Both the position numbers and the translations under genes were made by a program. Positions 59,299 through 64,000 of a DNA stretch of 64,000 nt are shown here, in pieces (positions within the stretch are counted from its first letter, which is position 1; each line of letters starts with the position of its first letter). The notes below the pieces were generated by a model, which saw only the letters and a program-made list of their open reading frames with translations, was not told the DNA's origin and did not search any database. This DNA comes from Pirellulales bacterium (GTDB lineage Bacteria > Planctomycetota > Planctomycetia > Pirellulales > JAICIG01), in assembly GCA_040901675.1 (NCBI GenBank), contig JBBDYJ010000031.1:185220-249219 (forward strand). The letters are read 5' to 3'.

Positions 59299-60585
59299 AT
59301 GAGTGAACCGGCCAGGCTCAAACTGGGCGAACAAGAGATCGATCTGCCGGTCGTTGTCGGCACGGAAGGCGAAAGGGCCATCGACATCTCGCAGTTGCGC
59401 GCCCGGACCGGCTACGTCACTCTGGACGAGGGATACGTCAACACGGGGGCCACGACCAGCGCCATTACGTACCTGGACGGCGAAGAGGGGGTGCTGCGCT
59501 ACCGGGGCTACCCGATCGAGGTGCTGGCCCAGAAGTGCGACTTTGTCGAGACCAGCTACCTTTTGATCTACGGCGAGCTGCCCACCACCGAGCAACTGGA
59601 CAGCTTTCGCACCTCGCTGCGGCGGCACACCATGCTGCACGAGGACATGAAGTCGTTCTATAACGGCTTTCCCCGCGACGCCCACCCGATGGCCATCCTC
59701 AGCTCGGTCGTGGGGGCGCTGTCCACGTTCTACCAGGATTCGCTCGATCCGCAGTCACCCGAACAGGTCGAGATCTCGATTTATCGGCTGATGGCCAAGC
59801 TGCCCACGATTGCCGCCTTCAGTTACAAGAAGTCGATCGGCCAGCCGTTCATCTACCCCCGCAACGATCTGACCTATTGCCCCAACTTCCTGCAGATGAT
59901 GTTCGCCGTCCCCAGCGAGCCGTACGAGATCGATCCCGATTTTGTCGAGGCCTTGAACCTGCTCTTGATCGTGCACGCCGACCACGAACAGAACTGCAGC
60001 ACCTCCACGGTGCGGATGGTCGGCTCCAGCAATGCCAACCTCTTCGCCTCGATCTCGGCCGGCATCTGCGCCCTTTGGGGACCCTTGCACGGCGGGGCCA
60101 ACCAGGCCTGCGTCGAAATGCTCGAGGCCATTCGCGCCGACGGAGGCGGCGTCAAGAAGTACGTCGAGATGGCCAAGGACAAGAACAGCCACTTCCGCCT
60201 GATGGGCTTCGGCCATCGCGTTTACAAGAACTACGACCCTCGCGCCACCATCATCAAGAGCACCTGCGATCGCCTGGTCAAGAAGCTTAAGATCAAGGAC
60301 CCCATCTTCGACATCGCCCAGGAGTTGGAAGCCGCGGCCCTGTCCGATCCCTACTTCATCGAACGCAAGCTCTACCCGAACGTCGATTTCTATTCGGGCA
60401 TCATCTACCGCGCCATGGGCATCCCCGTGCAGATGTTCACCGTCCTGTTCGCCATCGGCCGGCTGCCCGGCTGGATCGCCCATTGGAAAGAAATGCACCA
60501 GTCGCCCACCCGGCGCATCGCCCGCCCGCGGCAGATTTACACCGGGCGGATCAAGCGCGATTTCATCAGCCGCGACAAGCGCTAA
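59299..60585 (+). CDS. gltA: Citrate synthase (type II)
   Basis: LRYRGYPI, HADHEQNCST, GPLHGGAN, MGFGHRVY, YPNVDFYSG. Confidence 0.98.
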   Translation: MSEPARLKLGEQEIDLPVVVGTEGERAIDISQLRARTGYVTLDEGYVNTGATTSAITYLDGEEGVLRYRGYPIEVLAQKCDFVETSYLLIYGELPTTEQLDSFRTSLRRHTMLHEDMKSFYNGFPRDAHPMAILSSVVGALSTFYQDSLDPQSPEQVEISIYRLMAKLPTIAAFSYKKSIGQPFIYPRNDLTYCPNFLQMMFAVPSEPYEIDPDFVEALNLLLIVHADHEQNCSTSTVRMVGSSNANLFASISAGICALWGPLHGGANQACVEMLEAIRADGGGVKKYVEMAKDKNSHFRLMGFGHRVYKNYDPRATIIKSTCDRLVKKLKIKDPIFDIAQELEAAALSDPYFIERKLYPNVDFYSGIIYRAMGIPVQMFTVLFAIGRLPGWIAHWKEMHQSPTRRIARPRQIYTGRIKRDFISRDKR

Positions 60586-60626
60586 GGAATGACCGAAAAA
60601 TAACTTCGACAGATTCGAGCGACCTG

Positions 60627-60659
60627 GGTGGCTGGGGCAAAGCGATAAGCGTGCCCCAG
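60627..60659 (+). repeat. REP-like hairpin, the empty counterpart of 9933-9988
   Basis: ggtggctggggcaaagcg ataa gcgtgccccag. Confidence 0.8.
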
Positions 60660-60743
60660 TTGCAATGTGAGGAAGTTGTTTTTCGGCCGATCCTAAGCCG
60701 ACCCTGCAGCGCCCTGGACCGCGACTCAACTTCCAAAACAACC

Positions 60744-61709
60744 ATGCAATTGCGCCCGCTCGGCACAACCGGAATCCAGGTCACGCCCATCGCCCTGGGT
60801 TGTTGGCCGATCGCGGGCATGACGAGCCTCGGCGTCAACGAAGCCGACAGCCTGGCAACCATCGAGGCCTGTTTCGACCTGGGGATCAGTTTTCTCGACA
60901 CGGCCTTTTGCTATGGCCGCGACGGCCAGAGCGAGCGCCTGATCGCCCGCGCGATGAAGGGCCGGCGATCCGAGATGGTCATCGCCACCAAGGGAGGCAT
61001 CCACTGGGACGAGGCCGGCAAGCAGGCCAAGGACGGGCGTCCCGCGACGTTGCGCCGCCAGTGCGAGGAAAGCCTGCGGCGGCTGGAAACCGACTATGTC
61101 GACCTGCTCTACCTGCACGCCCCCGACCCCCAAGTGCCCCTGGCCGACTCAGCCGGCGCGCTCAAGGAATTGTTGGACCAGGGCAAGACCCTTTCCGTCG
61201 GCCTGTCGAACGCCACGGTCGACCAGCTCGACGAGTTCGCCGCCGTCTGCCCGCTGGCCGCCTTCCAGCCCCATTACAACATGCTGCAGCGCGAGATCGC
61301 GTCCGACACGCTCCCCTGGTGCCGGGAAAGAAGCGTCGCGGTGATAGTCTATTGGCCGCTGATGAAGGGACTCTTGGCGGGCAAGCTCGCGCGCGACTAT
61401 GTTTTCGCGCCCGGCGACGGCCGGGCCAAGTATCCGATGTTCCAGGGCCAGGAGTGGCAGAAGAACCAGGACCTGCTCGACGAGCTGCGCGCCATCGCCC
61501 GCGACTGCGGGCGCTCGGTGGCCCAGTTGGTCATCAATTGGACGATCCACCAGCCCGGCATTACCGCGGCCCTGTGCGGCGCCAAGCGGCCCGATCAGAT
61601 TCGCGAGAACGCACAGGCGGCCGGCTGGCGGCTGACCCCGGACCAGATCGAGCGGATCGACGGGGCGCTCGTCCGTCGAGGAACACCGGTTTCTCGCAGC
61701 GCCGTCTAG
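60744..61709 (+). CDS. Aldo/keto reductase
   Basis: DTAFCYG, IATKGG, SLRRL.TDYVDL..LH, GLSN. Confidence 0.93.
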   Translation: MQLRPLGTTGIQVTPIALGCWPIAGMTSLGVNEADSLATIEACFDLGISFLDTAFCYGRDGQSERLIARAMKGRRSEMVIATKGGIHWDEAGKQAKDGRPATLRRQCEESLRRLETDYVDLLYLHAPDPQVPLADSAGALKELLDQGKTLSVGLSNATVDQLDEFAAVCPLAAFQPHYNMLQREIASDTLPWCRERSVAVIVYWPLMKGLLAGKLARDYVFAPGDGRAKYPMFQGQEWQKNQDLLDELRAIARDCGRSVAQLVINWTIHQPGITAALCGAKRPDQIRENAQAAGWRLTPDQIERIDGALVRRGTPVSRSAV

Positions 61710-61752
61710 CCGTGCCCGCGCGCAAGCGCGCCTGCCCCAGGACTCGTGACTC

Positions 61753-61830
61753 GTGACTAAAGTCCTGGTAACCGCCTTCGAGCGCCGCCTTCGAGCCTTA
61801 CGACCGCTGGCCGGCCAATTCCAGTTGGCT
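61753..61830 (+). pseudogene. Frameshifted duplicate of the 5' end of pcp
   Basis: MTKVLVTAFE / PYDRWPANSSWL versus pcp MSSVLVTAFEPYDDWAANSSWL; internal 13-bp duplication. Confidence 0.8.
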
Positions 61831-61929
61831 GGATCGAGGCGGCCCTGGCCCGGCGCGGTACAAGTTTGCCCAGCACCTGCTACAATTTAGGTGGGTTCTC
61901 CAAGTCTCCGGCCACAGATTAGGTGCGCC

Positions 61930-62169
61930 ATGGTCAAGCTGATCGTCGACGAAGCTTTGGGAAGGGAGCTAAACAGCGTCCAAGGCCCGGTGGCACTCTG
62001 TGATCCATCTGGCCGCGTGTTGGGCCACTTCGTTCCGCTCAGCACATTACGGGAGCAGCAACAGGCCATGGACGAATGCCCATACACGGAAGCCGAACTA
62101 GAGCGGCTGGAGCGCCAGACGGGCGGCCGCACCTTGGCCGAGATTTGGAAGAGCTTAGGGAGAGCATGA
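61930..62169 (+). CDS. Putative antitoxin
   Basis: LCDPSGRVLGHF..GGRTLAEIWKSL; ATGA overlap with a RelE-like gene. Confidence 0.7.
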   Translation: MVKLIVDEALGRELNSVQGPVALCDPSGRVLGHFVPLSTLREQQQAMDECPYTEAELERLERQTGGRTLAEIWKSLGRA

Positions 62170-62429
62170 AATATACGGTCGTCTGGCGACCCGTGGCCGA
62201 AGCCGAGCTTGCCGAATTGTGGAGTACGGCCACGGCTCGCGATGCAATCGCAATTGCGGCCGACGATATTGATGCCATGCTGGCAAGGGATCCGCTCTCC
62301 TGCGGTGAATCGCGTCGAGCATCAACTCGCATTCTGGTCGTTGCGCCTCTCGCTGCCTTGTACAGCGTGAGCGAAGACGATCAACTGGTGGCCGTGTTGG
62401 CGGTGTGGCGTTGGGGTCGAGCTCCATGA
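62166..62429 (+). CDS. RelE/ParE-like toxin
   Basis: MKYTVVWRPVAEAELAELW..DP..GESR..V.VLAVW. Confidence 0.75.
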   Translation: MKYTVVWRPVAEAELAELWSTATARDAIAIAADDIDAMLARDPLSCGESRRASTRILVVAPLAALYSVSEDDQLVAVLAVWRWGRAP

Positions 62430-63025
62430 GTTCGGTCCTGGTAACTGCCTTCGAGCCTTACGACGATTGGGCGGCCAACTCCAGTTGGCTTTGCCTGCAG
62501 GAGTTGGCTCGCGACTTGCCCGCTCTTCCGGCCGTGACCACTCGCCTGTACCCGGTCGATTTCGCCGCCGCCCGCGAGCGGCTCTGGCAAGACCTGGCCG
62601 CCGACTACGATTTTGCCCTCCACTTGGGACAAGCGCCCGGCTCCAGCGCGATCCGTCTGGAGGCGATCGGCTTGAACGTTGGCCTGCCGTCGCCTTCGCA
62701 CGCCGGACATTTGCTCCCGCTCGTCGAGGCGGCGCCCCTCGCATATCGCAGCGACCTTCCACTGGCGCAATGGGCGGCCCGGCTGGCCGAGTGCGGCATA
62801 CCGGCCCAGGTCTCCTACCATGCCGGAACGTACCTTTGCAATGCGGCCTTGTATTGGACGCTTCACCGGGCCCAGCAGATGGGCCTTCGCACGCGGGCCG
62901 TTTTCGTGCACTTGCCGCTCGATGTCTCGCAGGTGCTGGCCGAAGCCGAGCAACCCTCGCTGGCCGCCTCGACAACTGCCCGCGCCGTGCGCTTGATCCT
63001 CGCGGAGTTGACCACTCCCGCTTGA
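62426..63025 (+). CDS. pcp: Pyroglutamyl-peptidase I
   Basis: VLVTAFEPY..NSS, IRLE, AGTYLCN, FVHLP. Confidence 0.92.
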   Translation: MSSVLVTAFEPYDDWAANSSWLCLQELARDLPALPAVTTRLYPVDFAAARERLWQDLAADYDFALHLGQAPGSSAIRLEAIGLNVGLPSPSHAGHLLPLVEAAPLAYRSDLPLAQWAARLAECGIPAQVSYHAGTYLCNAALYWTLHRAQQMGLRTRAVFVHLPLDVSQVLAEAEQPSLAASTTARAVRLILAELTTPA

Positions 63026-63093
63026 CCTTCTCCGTGCGTGGTGTATGGTTGTCGGGCCACTCCGCGCCCGATGGCACACGGGGAATCGGCGAA

Positions 63094-64000
63094 ATGCAAC
63101 GACTGCCGGCGGCCAGCGCACTGTGCGCCGGTTTACTGCTCTCGATTGTGCGGGTCGCACCGGCCCAAACGGCGCCCCCCAAGACGGCACTCCCCCCGGC
63201 ACCGGCGCAAACCGCCGCCATACAATCCGGGGCTTGGGAACGGCTCGGCGCAAGCGCCGAAGGCCGGCCTATCGAGTTCGTGCAGCTCGGCGGCGGCCCA
63301 CGCCAGGTGCTGGTGGTTGGTTCGCTCGAGGGCGACCGGCCCGAAGGCCTCGAACTGGCCGCACATCTGGCCGCCCACCTGGCCCGGTTTCCTGGCAGAG
63401 CCGCTCAGGCCAGGGTGACCATCGTCCGCGATCCAAACCCGGACGGCCGACTGCGACGAACCACGGGCAACGCCAGGGGCGTTCACCTGGAGCAGAATTT
63501 CCGCACCTCCAACTGGCATAAGGTGCCCGCCTCACGCTATTGGACGTCGGGGCGCGAGCCGGACAGCGAGCCCGAAACCCGCATCCTGAAGGACCTGCTC
63601 GACGACGTGGCCCCCGACAGGATCCTGATCGTCTCCAGCGCGCCGGCCCCTGCCTCGCTGACTTACGCCGGCCCCGCAGAACAAGTTGCCGGCGCCATGG
63701 CCCTGCAGGCCGGACTCTGGCCCAAGCCGCTGGACGCGGCCACGGCAGGCTCCTTGGCGGCCTATGCCGGCCGGGACCGCGGCACCCCAACCATTGTGCT
63801 TGGCCTGCCGATCAGGTCGAGCGCTCAAGATAACTGGTCCAGGTACAAGCGGGCGCTTCTGGCGGCCCTCGATTTTCCGGAGGATGACTCGATTCCAGAG
63901 CATGACCCGATTCCAGAGCATGACGCGGCGCAGCCGTCCACGGGAAGCAATGGCCGCTCCGTTACCGCCGGCATCGTCCGGCCATACGTGCTTTCCTACC
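63094..64000 (+). CDS. Exported M14/MpaA-like carboxypeptidase homologue with degenerate active site (runs off the window end; absent from the ORF track)
   Basis: Frame-1 translation: signal-like segment, LGASAEGRPI, VLVVGSLEGDRPEG, NPDG, NARGVHLEQNF, SEPET, GTPTIVLGLP. Confidence 0.75.
   Translation, partial: MQRLPAASALCAGLLLSIVRVAPAQTAPPKTALPPAPAQTAAIQSGAWERLGASAEGRPIEFVQLGGGPRQVLVVGSLEGDRPEGLELAAHLAAHLARFPGRAAQARVTIVRDPNPDGRLRRTTGNARGVHLEQNFRTSNWHKVPASRYWTSGREPDSEPETRILKDLLDDVAPDRILIVSSAPAPASLTYAGPAEQVAGAMALQAGLWPKPLDAATAGSLAAYAGRDRGTPTIVLGLPIRSSAQDNWSRYKRALLAALDFPEDDSIPEHDPIPEHDAAQPSTGSNGRSVTAGIVRPYVLSY

Noticed and set aside
1..64000. tRNA, rRNA or intact IS elements
   Set aside because: No cloverleaf, rRNA-like stretch or transposase ORF was recognised.

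Overview
GC-rich chromosomal segment, very probably from a Planctomycete (Pirellulales-like), judged from a DUF1559 prepilin-like gene, a PVC-type heme-c dehydrogenase and conserved planctomycete hypotheticals. The backbone is housekeeping: NtrC- and NarL-type regulators, xerC, menC-like, HD-GYP, M50 protease, NUDIX, hisI, birA, sucCD, UDP-GlcA decarboxylase, pcrA/uvrD, mfd, PPIase, CYTH, gltA, AKR and pcp. A ~15 kb surface-glycan/glycolipid cluster lies at 26.9-41.8 kb. The accessory signals are as follows. (1) At the left edge, an XRE-HTH plus IrrE/CapP-like pair sits divergent from a near-consensus, operator-overlapped promoter. That promoter drives a ubiquitin-like start joined out of frame to a JAB (HTHP..S..D) domain missed by the ORF track, suggesting a decayed CapH/CapP-type bacterial ubiquitination-like locus. 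(2) Directly after it is an unexplained ~150-bp-period array of conserved boxes with variable heptamer-repeat spacers, behind a sigma70-like promoter. (3) There is an integron remnant with a PIN-type cassette. (4) Several toxin or defence genes have their cores deleted. (5) A hierarchy of tiny repeats (GTAG REP-like hairpins, heptamer tracts, a 25-bp hairpin present at two sites) has in places been inserted in frame inside genes. All calls are by-eye motif recognition; no searches were run.
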